Positions 31,638 through 42,747 of a stretch of 64,000 nucleotides of DNA are shown in pieces. The stretch lies in the NCBI RefSeq assembly GCF_988243305.1, contig NZ_OZ547136.1. The stretch is one strand, 5' to 3'. How positions within the stretch are numbered: position 1 is the first letter of the stretch; each line of letters begins with the position of its first letter. The position numbers and the translations under genes were made by a program. The notes below the pieces were generated by a model. It made no database searches. It had not been told where the DNA came from and saw nothing but the letters and a program-made list of their open reading frames with translations.

Positions 31638-32828
31638 ATGAGTGACTATCATCACGGCGTGCAGGTGCTGGAGATTAACGACGGCACCCGTGTCATTTCC
31701 ACCGTATCCACTGCCATTGTTGGCATGGTCTGCACGGCCAGCGATGCGGATGCGGAAACCTTCCCCCTCAATAAACCGGTGCTGATTACCAATGTGCAGA
31801 GTGCAATTGCAAAGGCCGGTAAAAAAGGCACGCTGGCGGCATCGTTGCAGGCTATCGCCGACCAGTCAAAACCGGTCACCGTTGTCGTGCGTGTGGAAGA
31901 CGGCACCGGCGACGACGAGGAAACAAAACTCGCGCAGACCGTTTCCAATATCATCGGCACCACCGACGAAAACGGTCAGTACACCGGACTGAAAGCCCTG
32001 CTGGCGGCGGAGTCTGTTACCGGTGTTAAACCGCGTATTCTCGGCGTGCCGGGACTGGACACCAAAGAGGTGGCTGTTGCACTGGCATCAGTCTGTCAGA
32101 AGCTGCGCGCTTTCGGGTATATCAGCGCATGGGGCTGTAAAACCATTTCCGAGGTGAAAGCCTACCGCCAGAATTTCAGCCAGCGTGAGCTGATGGTCAT
32201 CTGGCCGGATTTCCTCGCATGGGATACGGTCACCAGTACAACCGCCACCGCGTATGCCACCGCCCGTGCGCTGGGTCTGCGCGCTAAAATCGACCAGGAG
32301 CAGGGCTGGCATAAAACGCTGTCCAACGTCGGGGTAAACGGTGTTACCGGCATCAGCGCCTCTGTATTCTGGGATTTGCAGGAGTCCGGCACCGATGCTG
32401 ACCTGCTTAACGAGTCAGGCGTCACTACGCTGATTCGCCGCGACGGTTTCCGATTCTGGGGTAACCGTACCTGCTCTGATGACCCGCTGTTCCTCTTTGA
32501 AAACTACACCCGCACCGCGCAGGTGCTGGCCGACACGATGGCTGAGGCGCACATGTGGGCGGTGGACAAGCCCATCACCGCAACGCTGATTCGCGACATC
32601 GTTGACGGCATCAATGCCAAATTCCGTGAGCTGAAAACAAACGGCTATATCGTGGATGCGACCTGCTGGTTCAGCGAAGAATCCAACGATGCGGAAACCC
32701 TCAAGGCCGGAAAACTGTATATCGACTACGACTATACTCCGGTGCCTCCTCTCGAAAACCTGACCCTGCGCCAGCGTATTACCGATAAATACCTGGCAAA
32801 TCTGGTCACCTCGGTTAACAGCAATTAA
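31638..32828 (+). CDS. Tail sheath protein (P2 gpFI)
   Basis: 396 aa. Confidence 0.9.
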   Translation: MSDYHHGVQVLEINDGTRVISTVSTAIVGMVCTASDADAETFPLNKPVLITNVQSAIAKAGKKGTLAASLQAIADQSKPVTVVVRVEDGTGDDEETKLAQTVSNIIGTTDENGQYTGLKALLAAESVTGVKPRILGVPGLDTKEVAVALASVCQKLRAFGYISAWGCKTISEVKAYRQNFSQRELMVIWPDFLAWDTVTSTTATAYATARALGLRAKIDQEQGWHKTLSNVGVNGVTGISASVFWDLQESGTDADLLNESGVTTLIRRDGFRFWGNRTCSDDPLFLFENYTRTAQVLADTMAEAHMWAVDKPITATLIRDIVDGINAKFRELKTNGYIVDATCWFSEESNDAETLKAGKLYIDYDYTPVPPLENLTLRQRITDKYLANLVTSVNSN

Positions 32829-32840
32829 GGAGCCTGACCG

Positions 32841-33359
32841 ATGGCAATGCCGCGCAAACTCAAGTTAATGAACGTCTTTCTGAACGGCTACAGCTATCAG
32901 GGCGTTGCAAAGTCCGTCACGCTGCCAAAACTGACCCGTAAGCTCGAAAACTATCGCGGTGCGGGGATGAACGGCAGCGCACCGGTAGACCTCGGCCTTG
33001 ATGACGATGCGCTGTCAATGGAGTGGTCGCTCGGGGGCTTCCCGGATTCGGTTATCTGGGAGCTTTACGCCGCAACCGGCGTGGATGCCGTGCCGATTCG
33101 TTTTGCAGGCTCTTACCAGCGCGACGATACCGGCGAAACTGTGGCCGTCGAAGTGGTCATGCGTGGACGTCAAAAAGAAATTGACACCGGCGAGGGTAAA
33201 CAGGGAGAAGACACCGAGTCGAAAATCTCCGTGGTCTGCACCTATTTCCGGCTGACGATGGACGGTAAGGAGCTGGTCGAAATCGACACCATCAACATGA
33301 TTGAGAAGGTGAACGGCGTCGACCGGCTGGAGCAACACCGCCGCAATATCGGCCTGTGA
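32841..33359 (+). CDS. Tail tube protein (P2 gpFII)
   Basis: 172 aa. Confidence 0.9.
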   Translation: MAMPRKLKLMNVFLNGYSYQGVAKSVTLPKLTRKLENYRGAGMNGSAPVDLGLDDDALSMEWSLGGFPDSVIWELYAATGVDAVPIRFAGSYQRDDTGETVAVEVVMRGRQKEIDTGEGKQGEDTESKISVVCTYFRLTMDGKELVEIDTINMIEKVNGVDRLEQHRRNIGL

Positions 33360-33415
33360 TTTTCATCCGGTCAGCCTGGCTGACCGGTTAACCCCGATTC
33401 AGAAGTGAGAAAACC

Positions 33416-33691
33416 ATGAACAAAGAAAATGTGATTACCCTGGACAATCCGGTCAAGCGTGGTGAGCAGGTTATCGAACAGGTCACGCTGATGAAACCTA
33501 ATGCCGGGACGCTGCGCGGTGTCAGTCTGGCTGCGGTCGCAAACTCCGAAGTCGATGCACTGATTAAAGTGCTGCCGCGCATGACGGCACCGATGCTGAC
33601 CGAGCAGGAAGTCGCCGCGCTGGAACTGCCTGACCTTGTGGCGCTGGCCGGTAAGGTGGTCGGTTTTTTGTCGCCGAACTCGGTGCAGTGA
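33416..33691 (+). CDS. Tail assembly chaperone gpE
   Basis: 91 aa upstream of tape measure. Confidence 0.8.
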   Translation: MNKENVITLDNPVKRGEQVIEQVTLMKPNAGTLRGVSLAAVANSEVDALIKVLPRMTAPMLTEQEVAALELPDLVALAGKVVGFLSPNSVQ

Positions 33692-33843
33692 CGTTTCCGA
33701 AAAATCTGTCGGTCGATGACCTGATGGCGGATGTGGCAGTGATATTTCACTGGCCGCCATCAGAACTGTATCCCATGAGTCTGACCGAACTCATCACATG
33801 GCGCGAAAAGGCGCTCCGGCGAAGCGGAAACACGAATGAGTAA
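33416..33843 (+). CDS. gpE+E' frameshift fusion product
   Basis: TTTTTTG slippery run at ~33664..33670; -1 frame open to TAA at 33841..33843. Confidence 0.6.
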
Positions 33844-36283
33844 CAATGTAAAATTACAGGTATTGCTCAGGGCTGTTGACCAGGCATCCCGCCCGTTTAA
33901 ATCCATCCGTACAGCGAGCAAGTCGCTGTCGGGGGATATCCGGGAAACACAAAAATCACTGCGCGAGCTGAACGGTCACGCATCCCGTATTGAGGGATTT
34001 CGCAAGACCAGCGCACAGCTTGCCGTGACTGGTCATGCACTTGAAAAGGCACGGCAGGAAGCCGAAGCCCTTGCCACACAGTTTAAAAACACTGAACGTC
34101 CGACCCGTGCTCAGGCGAAAGTGCTGGAATCCGCAAAGCGTGCGGCGGAGGACTTACAGGCGAAATATAACCGCCTGACAGATTCCATTAAACGCCAGCA
34201 GCGGGAACTGGCCGCTGTGGGAATTAATACCCGCAATCTTGCACATGATGAGCAGGGACTGAAAAACCGTATCAGTGAAACCACCGCACAGCTTAACCGT
34301 CAGCGTGACGCGCTGGCGCGTGTCAGTGCACAACAGGCAAAACTTAACGCAGTAAAACAGCGTTATCAGGCCGGAAAGGAACTGGCCGGAAATATGGCCT
34401 CAGTGGGCGCTGCCGGTGTGGGGATTGCTGCTGCGGGAACGATGGCCGGAGTTAAGCTGCTGATGCCCGGTTATGAGTTTGCGCAGAAAAACTCAGAATT
34501 GCAGGCTGTGCTCGGTGTGGCAAAAGACTCCGCCGAAATGGCTGCACTACGCAAGCAGGCGCGCCAGCTCGGCGACAATACCGCAGCCTCGGCAGATGAT
34601 GCAGCCGGTGCGCAGATTATTATTGCGAAAGCCGGTGGGGATGTTGATGCCATTCAGGCGGCAACGCCGGTCACGCTGAATATGGCGCTGGCGAACCGTC
34701 GCACGATGGAAGAAAACGCCGCCCTGCTGATGGGGATGAAATCCGCCTTTCAGCTTTCAAACGATAAGGTCGCTCATATCGGGGATGTTCTCTCCATGAC
34801 GATGAACAAAACCGCCGCCGATTTTGACGGCATGAGCGATGCGCTGACCTATGCCGCACCTGTGGCAAAAAATGCCGGTGTCAGCATTGAAGAAACCGCC
34901 GCAATGGTCGGGGCGCTGCATGATGCAAAAATTACAGGCTCAATGGCGGGGACGGGAAGCCGTGCCGTGTTAAGTCGCCTGCAGGCACCAACGGGAAAAG
35001 CATGGGATGCACTCAAAGAGCTTGGTGTGAAAACCTCAGACAGTAAGGGAAACACCCGACCAGTATTTACCATTCTGAAAGAAATGCAGGCCAGTTTTGA
35101 GAAAAACCGGCTCGGTACTGCCCAGCAGGCTGAATACATGAAAACCATTTTCGGGGAGGAGGCCAGTTCAGCCGCCGCCGTGCTGATGACTGCCGCCTCA
35201 ACCGGAAAGCTGGACAAACTGACCGCTGCGTTTAAAGCCTCAGACGGAAAGACCGCAGAACTGGTAAATATCATGCAGGACAACCTCGGAGGTGACTTTA
35301 AGGAGTTTCAGTCCGCTTATGAGGCGGTGGGGACTGACCTGTTTGACCAGCAGGAAGGCGCACTGCGTAATCTCACGCAGACGGCCACAAAGTATGTGTT
35401 AAAACTCGACGGCTGGATCCAGAAAAACAAATCACTGGCGTCAACCATCGGCATCATTGTCGGTGGCGCGCTGGCGCTTATTGGCATCATCGGTGCCATT
35501 GGTCTTGTAGCCTGGCCGGTTATCACCGGCATCAATGCCATTATCGCGGCAGCAGGCGCAATGGGGGCAATCTTCACGACGGTTAGCAGTGCTGTTATGA
35601 CCGCCATCGGGGCGATTAGCTGGCCGGTTGTGGCCGTGGTGGCCGCCATTGTCGCCGGGGCGTTGCTTATCCGTAAATACTGGGAGCCTGTCAGCGCATT
35701 CTTTGGCGGTGTGGTTGAAGGGCTGAAAGCGGCATTTGCGCCGGTGGGGGAGCTGTTCACGCCACTGAAACCGGTGTTTGACTGGCTGGGCGAAAAGTTA
35801 CAGGCCGCGTGGCAGTGGTTTAAAAACCTGATTGCCCCCGTCAAAGCCACCCAGGACACCCTGAACCGTTGTCGTGACACGGGTGTCATGTTCGGGCAGG
35901 CACTGGCTGACGCGTTGATGCTGCCGCTTAATGCGTTCAACAAACTGCGCAGCGGTATTGACTGGGTACTGGAAAAACTCGGTGTTATCAACAAAGAGTC
36001 AGACACACTTGACCAGACCGCCGCCAGAACTCAAGCCGCCACGTATGGCAGCGGTGGTTATATTCCGGCGACCAGCTCTTATGCAGGCTATCAGGCTTAT
36101 CAGCCGGTCACGGCACCGGCTGGCCGCTCTTATGTGGACCAGAGTAAAAACGAATATCACATCAGCCTGACGGGTGGCACTGCGCCGGGGACACAGCTTG
36201 ACCGCCAGTTACAGGATGCGCTCGAAAAATACGAGCGGGATAAACGTGCGCGCGCCCGTGCCAGCATGATGCATGACGGTTAA
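33836..36283 (+). CDS. Tail tape measure protein (P2 gpT)
   Basis: 815 aa, coiled-coil N-terminus, Gly/Ala-rich hydrophobic segments. Confidence 0.9.
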   Translation: MSNNVKLQVLLRAVDQASRPFKSIRTASKSLSGDIRETQKSLRELNGHASRIEGFRKTSAQLAVTGHALEKARQEAEALATQFKNTERPTRAQAKVLESAKRAAEDLQAKYNRLTDSIKRQQRELAAVGINTRNLAHDEQGLKNRISETTAQLNRQRDALARVSAQQAKLNAVKQRYQAGKELAGNMASVGAAGVGIAAAGTMAGVKLLMPGYEFAQKNSELQAVLGVAKDSAEMAALRKQARQLGDNTAASADDAAGAQIIIAKAGGDVDAIQAATPVTLNMALANRRTMEENAALLMGMKSAFQLSNDKVAHIGDVLSMTMNKTAADFDGMSDALTYAAPVAKNAGVSIEETAAMVGALHDAKITGSMAGTGSRAVLSRLQAPTGKAWDALKELGVKTSDSKGNTRPVFTILKEMQASFEKNRLGTAQQAEYMKTIFGEEASSAAAVLMTAASTGKLDKLTAAFKASDGKTAELVNIMQDNLGGDFKEFQSAYEAVGTDLFDQQEGALRNLTQTATKYVLKLDGWIQKNKSLASTIGIIVGGALALIGIIGAIGLVAWPVITGINAIIAAAGAMGAIFTTVSSAVMTAIGAISWPVVAVVAAIVAGALLIRKYWEPVSAFFGGVVEGLKAAFAPVGELFTPLKPVFDWLGEKLQAAWQWFKNLIAPVKATQDTLNRCRDTGVMFGQALADALMLPLNAFNKLRSGIDWVLEKLGVINKESDTLDQTAARTQAATYGSGGYIPATSSYAGYQAYQPVTAPAGRSYVDQSKNEYHISLTGGTAPGTQLDRQLQDALEKYERDKRARARASMMHDG

Positions 36284-36297
36284 GGAGGTGACGAAAA

Positions 36298-36777
36298 ATG
36301 ATGCTCGCGTTAGGTATGTTTGTTTTTATGCGCCAGACGCTGCCACACCAGACCATGCAGCGTGAATCAGATTATCGCTGGCCGTCAAATTCCCGTATCG
36401 GTAAACGGGATGCCTACCAGTTTCTCGGTGTTGGCGAGGAAAACATGACGCTTGCCGGTGTGCTTTATCCCGAACTGACCGGCGGCAAGCTGACGATGAC
36501 CACGCTCAGGATGATGGCTGAGGAGGGGCGGGCGTGGCCGTTACTGGATGGCACCGGCATGATTTACGGCATGTATGTCATCAGCAGGGTGAGTGAAACA
36601 GGGAGAATTTTCTTTGCAGACGGCACACCCCGAAAAATTGATTTTACGCTGTCGCTCACCCGCGTTGATGAATCACTGGCCGCGCTTTATGGCGATATCG
36701 GTAAACAGGCAGAATCGCTCATCGGTAAGGCTGGCAGTATGGCGACTAAATTCATGGATATGACGGGGGCGGGATAA
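36298..36777 (+). CDS. Tail protein (P2 gpU)
   Basis: 159 aa. Confidence 0.85.
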   Translation: MMLALGMFVFMRQTLPHQTMQRESDYRWPSNSRIGKRDAYQFLGVGEENMTLAGVLYPELTGGKLTMTTLRMMAEEGRAWPLLDGTGMIYGMYVISRVSETGRIFFADGTPRKIDFTLSLTRVDESLAALYGDIGKQAESLIGKAGSMATKFMDMTGAG

Positions 36778-37940
36778 TGCTGGATGCACTGACATTTGAT
36801 GCAGGCAGTACGCTGACGCCGGATTACATGCTGATGCTCGACAGCAGGGATATTACCGGCAATATCAGCGACCGTCTGATGAGCATGACCCTGACGGATA
36901 ACCGGGGCTTTGAGGCTGACCAGCTTGATATTGAACTGAACGATGCCGACGGGCAGGTCGGGCTGCCGGTTCGTGGCGCTGTCCTGACGGTGTATATCGG
37001 CTGGAAAGGTTTTGCCCTGGTATGCAAAGGGAAATTTACCGTTGATGAGGTTGAACACCGGGGCGCGCCGGATGTGGTTACCATCCGCGCCCGGAGTGCA
37101 GATTTTCGCGGGACGCTCAATTCCCGCCGGGAAGGCTCATGGCATGACACCACGCTCGGTGCGATTGTTGAGGCGATAGCCTCCCGTAACAGGCTGGAAG
37201 CCAGTGTCACTCCGTCACTGGCCGGAATTAAAATCCCGCACATCGACCAGTCGCAGGAGTCTGATGCGAAATTCCTGACCCGTCTTGCTGAACGCAACGG
37301 CGGCGAGGTGTCGGTAAAAATGGGAAAACTGTTGTTTCTCAAAGCGGGGCAGGGGGTGACGGCCAGCGGTAAAAAAATCCCGCAGGTCACCATAACCCGC
37401 AGCGACGGCGACCGCCATCATTTTGCGATTGCTGACCGTGGAGCCTATACCGGCGTAACGGCAAAGTGGTTACACACCAAAGACCCGAAACCACAAAAGC
37501 AGAAGGTAAAACTGAAACGCAAAAAGAAAGAAAAACACCTGCGCGCACTGGAGCACCCGAAAGCAAAACCGGTCACGCAGAAGAAAGCGCCAAAAGTACC
37601 GGAAGCGCGCGAAGGTGAATACATGGCCGGTGAGGCTGACAACGTTTTTGCCCTGACTACGGTATATGCCACGAAAGCGCAGGCCATGCGCGCCGCTCAG
37701 GCGAAGTGGGATAAACTGCAACGGGGGGTGGCGGAGTTCTCCATCAGCCTGGCTACCGGTCGGGCTGATATTTACACGGAAACGCCGGTCAGAGTGTCAG
37801 GCTTTAAGCGCGTCATAGACGAGCAGGACTGGACAATTACTAAGGTGACACATTTTCTGAATAATAGCGGCTTCACGACGTCCTTAGAGCTTGAGGTCAG
37901 GCTTTCTGATGTGGAGTACGAAACAGAAGATTATGAGTGA
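36777..37940 (+). CDS. Tail protein (P2 gpD)
   Basis: 387 aa. Confidence 0.85.
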   Translation: MLDALTFDAGSTLTPDYMLMLDSRDITGNISDRLMSMTLTDNRGFEADQLDIELNDADGQVGLPVRGAVLTVYIGWKGFALVCKGKFTVDEVEHRGAPDVVTIRARSADFRGTLNSRREGSWHDTTLGAIVEAIASRNRLEASVTPSLAGIKIPHIDQSQESDAKFLTRLAERNGGEVSVKMGKLLFLKAGQGVTASGKKIPQVTITRSDGDRHHFAIADRGAYTGVTAKWLHTKDPKPQKQKVKLKRKKKEKHLRALEHPKAKPVTQKKAPKVPEAREGEYMAGEADNVFALTTVYATKAQAMRAAQAKWDKLQRGVAEFSISLATGRADIYTETPVRVSGFKRVIDEQDWTITKVTHFLNNSGFTTSLELEVRLSDVEYETEDYE

Positions 37941-38021
37941 TGTATTTTGTTTATCTGTTTGTTTTATAAGGATAAGTTAACTAAAATGGCACTATCAACA
38001 AAACTGGAAGAGGTGCTCGCG

Positions 38022-38240
38022 ATGTTTCATTGTCCTTTATGCCAGCATGCCGCACATGCGCGTACAAGCCGCTATATCACTGACACGACAAAAGAGCGTT
38101 ATCACCAGTGTCAGAACGTGAATTGCAGCGCCACGTTCATCACCTATGAGTCGGTACAGAGATACATCGTGAAGCCGGGAGAAGTCCACGCCGTAAGGCC
38201 GCACCCGTTGCCGTCAGGGCAGCAAATTATGTGGATGTGA
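38022..38240 (+). CDS. ogr: Late-gene activator Ogr (zinc finger)
   Basis: 72 aa from MFHCPLCQHAAH..., CxxC...CxxC; last gene before attR. Confidence 0.85.
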   Translation: MFHCPLCQHAAHARTSRYITDTTKERYHQCQNVNCSATFITYESVQRYIVKPGEVHAVRPHPLPSGQQIMWM

Positions 38241-38351
38241 TCACAAAAATAGCCCCTCAGTTGAGGGGCTTTATTTATGGTCGATGTGGACGCTATGTGG
38301 ACAGCGGTTGACATAAATCCATTTATATCATCAGGTTAGGTGCTTTTTTGT

Positions 38352-38398
38352 GACACCATCCCTGTCTTCCCCCACATGATGTGGGGGTTTTTTTTATC
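38352..38398 (+). repeat. attR core of prophage
   Basis: Identical 47 bp to attL. Confidence 0.8.
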
Positions 38399-38476
38399 CT
38401 CAATTTGCCTGCTGCTTAATGCATTGCAGATGATTTGCTTCCGTTATACTAGCGTCAGTTGATAGCGGGAGTATTT

Positions 38477-39379
38477 ATGAATCAATCTTATGGACGGCTG
38501 GTCAGTCGGGCGGCGATTGCTGCAACGGCGATGGCTTCACTGCTATTGCTGATTAAAATTTTTGCATGGTGGTATACCGGGTCGGTGAGTATTCTCGCCG
38601 CGCTGGTGGATTCGCTGGTGGATATCGGCGCGTCGTTGACGAATTTACTGGTGGTGCGATATTCCCTGCAACCTGCCGACGATAATCACTCGTTTGGTCA
38701 CGGTAAAGCTGAGTCCCTCGCGGCGCTGGCGCAAAGTATGTTTATCTCCGGTTCGGCACTATTCCTCTTTTTGACGGGTATTCAACATCTGATATCTCCA
38801 ACACCGATGACAGATCCAGGCGTCGGGGTAATCGTGACAATTGTGGCGCTAATTTGTACGATTATCCTTGTCTCGTTTCAGCGGTGGGTGGTGCGCCGGA
38901 CGCAAAGCCAGGCGGTGCGGGCTGATATGCTACATTACCAGTCTGATGTTATGATGAACGGCGCAATTCTGCTGGCGCTGGGGTTGTCCTGGTACGGCTG
39001 GCATCGCGCCGATGCTCTGTTTGCATTGGGAATCGGCATCTATATTTTATATAGCGCGTTACGCATGGGATATGAGGCGGTACAGTCATTACTGGATCGC
39101 GCATTGCCTGATGAAGAACGGCAAGAAATTATTGATATCGTGACTTCCTGGCCGGGTGTTAGCGGCGCTCACGATCTTCGCACGCGGCAGTCAGGGCCGA
39201 CCCGCTTTATTCAGATTCATTTGGAAATGGAAGACTCTCTGCCTTTGGTTCAGGCACATATGGTGGCGGATCAGGTAGAGCAGGCTATTTTACGGCGTTT
39301 TCCGGGATCGGATGTGATTATCCATCAGGACCCCTGTTCCGTCGTACCCAGGGAGGGTAAACGGTCTATGCTTTCATAA
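38477..39379 (+). CDS. fieF: Cation-efflux (CDF) transporter FieF/YiiP
   Basis: 300 aa from [11 protein letters not shown]. Confidence 0.9.
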
Positions 39380-39559
39380 TCAGTATAAAAGAGAGCCAGA
39401 CCCGCATTTTGTGTATAAAATACCGCCATTTGGCCTGACCTGAATCAATTCAGCAGGAAGTGATTGTTATACTATTTGCACATTCGTTGGATCACTTCGA
39501 TGTGCAAGAAGACTTCCGGCAACAGATTTCATTTTGCATTCCAAAGTTCAGAGGTAGTC

Positions 39560-40522
39560 ATGATTAAGAAAATCGGTGTGTTGACAAGCGGCGGTGATGC
39601 GCCAGGCATGAACGCCGCAATTCGCGGGGTTGTTCGTTCTGCGCTGACAGAAGGTCTGGAAGTAATGGGCATTTATGACGGCTATCTGGGTCTGTATGAA
39701 GACCGTATGGTACAGCTAGACCGTTACAGCGTTTCTGACATGATCAACCGTGGCGGTACGTTCCTCGGTTCTGCGCGTTTCCCGGAATTCCGCGACGAGA
39801 ACATCCGCGCCGTGGCTATCGAAAACCTGAAAAAACGTGGTATCGACGCGCTGGTGGTTATCGGCGGTGACGGTTCCTACATGGGTGCAATGCGTCTGAC
39901 CGAAATGGGCTTCCCGTGCATCGGCCTGCCGGGCACTATCGACAACGACATCAAAGGCACTGACTACACTATCGGTTTCTTCACTGCGCTGAGCACCGTT
40001 GTAGAAGCGATCGACCGTCTGCGTGACACCTCTTCTTCTCACCAGCGTATTTCCGTGGTGGAAGTGATGGGCCGTTATTGTGGCGATCTGACCCTGGCTG
40101 CGGCCATTGCCGGTGGCTGTGAATTCGTTGTGGTTCCGGAAGTTGAATTCAGCCGTGAAGACCTGGTAAACGAAATCAAAGCGGGTATCGCGAAAGGTAA
40201 AAAACACGCGATCGTGGCGATTACCGAACATATGTGTGATGTTGACGAACTGGCGCATTTCATCGAGAAAGAAACCGGTCGTGAAACCCGCGCAACTGTG
40301 CTGGGCCACATCCAGCGCGGTGGTTCTCCGGTGCCTTACGACCGTATTCTGGCTTCCCGTATGGGCGCTTACGCTATCGATCTGCTGCTGGCAGGTTACG
40401 GCGGTCGTTGCGTAGGTATCCAGAACGAACAGCTGGTTCACCACGACATCATCGACGCTATCGAAAACATGAAGCGTCCGTTCAAAGGCGACTGGCTGGA
40501 CTGCGCGAAAAAACTGTATTAA
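39560..40522 (+). CDS. pfkA: 6-phosphofructokinase I
   Basis: 320 aa from [22 protein letters not shown]. Confidence 0.95.
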
Positions 40523-40574
40523 TGATTTCGGAAAAAGGCAGATTCCTTTAGCCTGAAACCGATGACAGAAGCAA

Positions 40575-40670
40575 AAAGGCCTGATGCGCTTCGCTTATCA
40601 GGCCTACATGAATTCTATAATCTATTGAATTTGCAAACTTTTATAGGTCGGATAAGGCGTTTGTGCCGCA
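40575..40670. repeat. REP/BIME elements between pfkA and sbp
   Basis: gcctgatgcgcttcgcttatcaggcctac and ggataaggcgtttgtgccgcatccggca. Confidence 0.6.
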
Positions 40671-40841
40671 TCCGGCATGGACAAAGCGCACTTTGTCAGC
40701 AATATGAGGCGGATTTCTTCCGCCTTTTTAATCCCCCAACATATACCCGCAAGTTATAGCCAATCTTTTTTTATTCTTTAATGTTTGGTTAACCTTCTGG
40801 CACGCTTTGCTCATCACAACACAACATAAGAGAGTCGGGCG

Positions 40842-41831
40842 ATGAACAAGTGGGGCGTAGGGTTAACATTTTTGCTGGCGGCAACCAGCGTTATGGCAAA
40901 GGATATTCAGCTTCTTAACGTTTCATATGATCCAACGCGCGAATTGTACGAACAGTACAACACGGCATTCAGCGCCCACTGGAAACAGCAAACTGGCGAT
41001 AACGTGGTGATCCGTCAGTCCCACGGTGGTTCAGGCAAACAAGCGACGTCGGTAATCAACGGTATTGAAGCTGATGTTGTCACGCTGGCTCTGGCCTATG
41101 ACGTGGACGCGATTGCGGAACGCGGGCGGATTGATAAAGAGTGGATCAAACGTCTGCCGGATAACTCCGCACCGTACACTTCCACCATTGTTTTCCTGGT
41201 GCGTAAGGGCAATCCGAAGCAGATCCATGACTGGAACGATCTGATTAAACCGGGTGTTTCGGTGATCACGCCTAATCCGAAAAGCTCTGGTGGCGCGCGC
41301 TGGAACTACCTGGCTGCCTGGGGCTACGCGCTGCACCACAACAACAACGATCAGGCAAAAGCGCAGGATTTTGTTCGGGCACTTTATAAAAACGTCGAAG
41401 TTCTGGATTCTGGCGCGCGCGGCTCCACTAATACCTTTGTCGAGCGCGGGATTGGCGATGTACTGATCGCCTGGGAAAACGAAGCTCTGCTGGCAGCGAA
41501 TGAGCTGGGGAAAGATAAATTCGAAATCGTTACGCCGAGTGAGTCTATCCTCGCAGAGCCAACCGTGTCGGTGGTCGATAAAGTGGTCGAGAAAAAAGGC
41601 ACCAAAGAGGTGGCGGAAGCCTACCTGAAATATCTCTACTCGCCAGAAGGTCAGGAAATTGCCGCGAAAAACTACTACCGTCCGCGCGATGCTGAGGTGG
41701 CGAAAAAGTACGAAAATGCGTTTCCAAAGCTGAAGTTATTCACCATTGATGAAGAGTTCGGCGGCTGGACGAAAGCGCAAAAAGAGCATTTTGCTAACGG
41801 CGGTACGTTCGATCAGATTAGCAAACGCTGA
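40842..41831 (+). CDS. sbp: Periplasmic sulfate-binding protein
   Basis: 329 aa with signal peptide. Confidence 0.9.
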   Translation: MNKWGVGLTFLLAATSVMAKDIQLLNVSYDPTRELYEQYNTAFSAHWKQQTGDNVVIRQSHGGSGKQATSVINGIEADVVTLALAYDVDAIAERGRIDKEWIKRLPDNSAPYTSTIVFLVRKGNPKQIHDWNDLIKPGVSVITPNPKSSGGARWNYLAAWGYALHHNNNDQAKAQDFVRALYKNVEVLDSGARGSTNTFVERGIGDVLIAWENEALLAANELGKDKFEIVTPSESILAEPTVSVVDKVVEKKGTKEVAEAYLKYLYSPEGQEIAAKNYYRPRDAEVAKKYENAFPKLKLFTIDEEFGGWTKAQKEHFANGGTFDQISKR

Positions 41832-41937
41832 TTTCTCCAGGATAATTATCAAACCCGGTGGTTTCTCGCGACCGGGTTTTTTATTTGTCACGATTTTGCG
41901 TTACCCTTGCATCTCTTTGAGGTACAGGGAAAAAAAG

Positions 41938-42693
41938 ATGAAAAAAGCGGGTCTTCTTTTTTTGGTGATGATAGTTATCGCCGTTGTGGCTGCCGGTATT
42001 GGTTACTGGAAATTAACCGGTGAAGAGTCGGATACATTACGTAAGATTGTCCTTGAGGAATGTTTGCCCAATCAGCAGCAAAATCAAAATCCTTCGCCAT
42101 GTGCGGAAGTCAAACCCAATGCCGGATACGTGGTTTTAAAAGATCTTAATGGCCCACTGCAATATCTGTTGATGCCAACGTATCGTATTAACGGAACTGA
42201 AAGTCCTTTGTTGACCGATCCTTCAACGCCGAACTTCTTTTGGTTGGCCTGGCAGGCGCGTGATTTTATGAGCAAAAAATACGGTCAGTCGGTTCCCGAT
42301 CGCGCGGTTTCTTTGGCGATCAACTCTCGCACCGGGCGTACGCAAAACCATTTTCATATTCATATCTCTTGTATTCGTCCTGATGTGCGCGAACAGCTGG
42401 ATAACAATCTGGCTAACATCAGCAGCCGCTGGTTGCCACTGCCAGGTGGTTTGCGTGGGCATGAGTACCTGGCGCGTCGGGTAACGGAAAGCGAACTGGT
42501 ACAACGCAGCCCATTTATGATGCTTGCAGAGGAAGTGCCTGAGGCGCGGGAACATATGGGAAGCTACGGGCTGGCGATGGTGCGGCAGAGTGATAATTCG
42601 TTTGTTTTGCTGGCGACACAACGAAATCTACTGACGCTGAACCGTGCTTCAGCCGAGGAAATCCAGGATCATCAGTGTGAGATTTTGCGTTAA
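41938..42693 (+). CDS. cdh: CDP-diacylglycerol pyrophosphatase
   Basis: 251 aa from [13 protein letters not shown]. Confidence 0.85.
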   Translation: MKKAGLLFLVMIVIAVVAAGIGYWKLTGEESDTLRKIVLEECLPNQQQNQNPSPCAEVKPNAGYVVLKDLNGPLQYLLMPTYRINGTESPLLTDPSTPNFFWLAWQARDFMSKKYGQSVPDRAVSLAINSRTGRTQNHFHIHISCIRPDVREQLDNNLANISSRWLPLPGGLRGHEYLARRVTESELVQRSPFMMLAEEVPEAREHMGSYGLAMVRQSDNSFVLLATQRNLLTLNRASAEEIQDHQCEILR

Positions 42694-42747
42694 GGCGAGG
42701 AGTTAAGGAAAGTAAGTGCCGGATATGAAATCCGGCACCTGTCAGAC

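Larger units (their letters stand above)
6747..38398 (+). mobile_element. P2-like prophage (~31.6 kb) integrated between cpxP and fieF
   Basis: Bounded by 47-bp direct repeats; P2 gene order int-C-cox-B-A-[cargo]-cos-Q-P-O-N-M-L-X-Y-K-lysABC-R-S-V-W-J-I-H-G-[invertase module]-FI-FII-E-T-U-D-ogr. Confidence 0.9.

Noticed and set aside
37445-37721. Two overlapping minus-strand ORFs inside gpD
   Set aside because: Antisense to the Lys-rich segment of gpD; compositional artefact.
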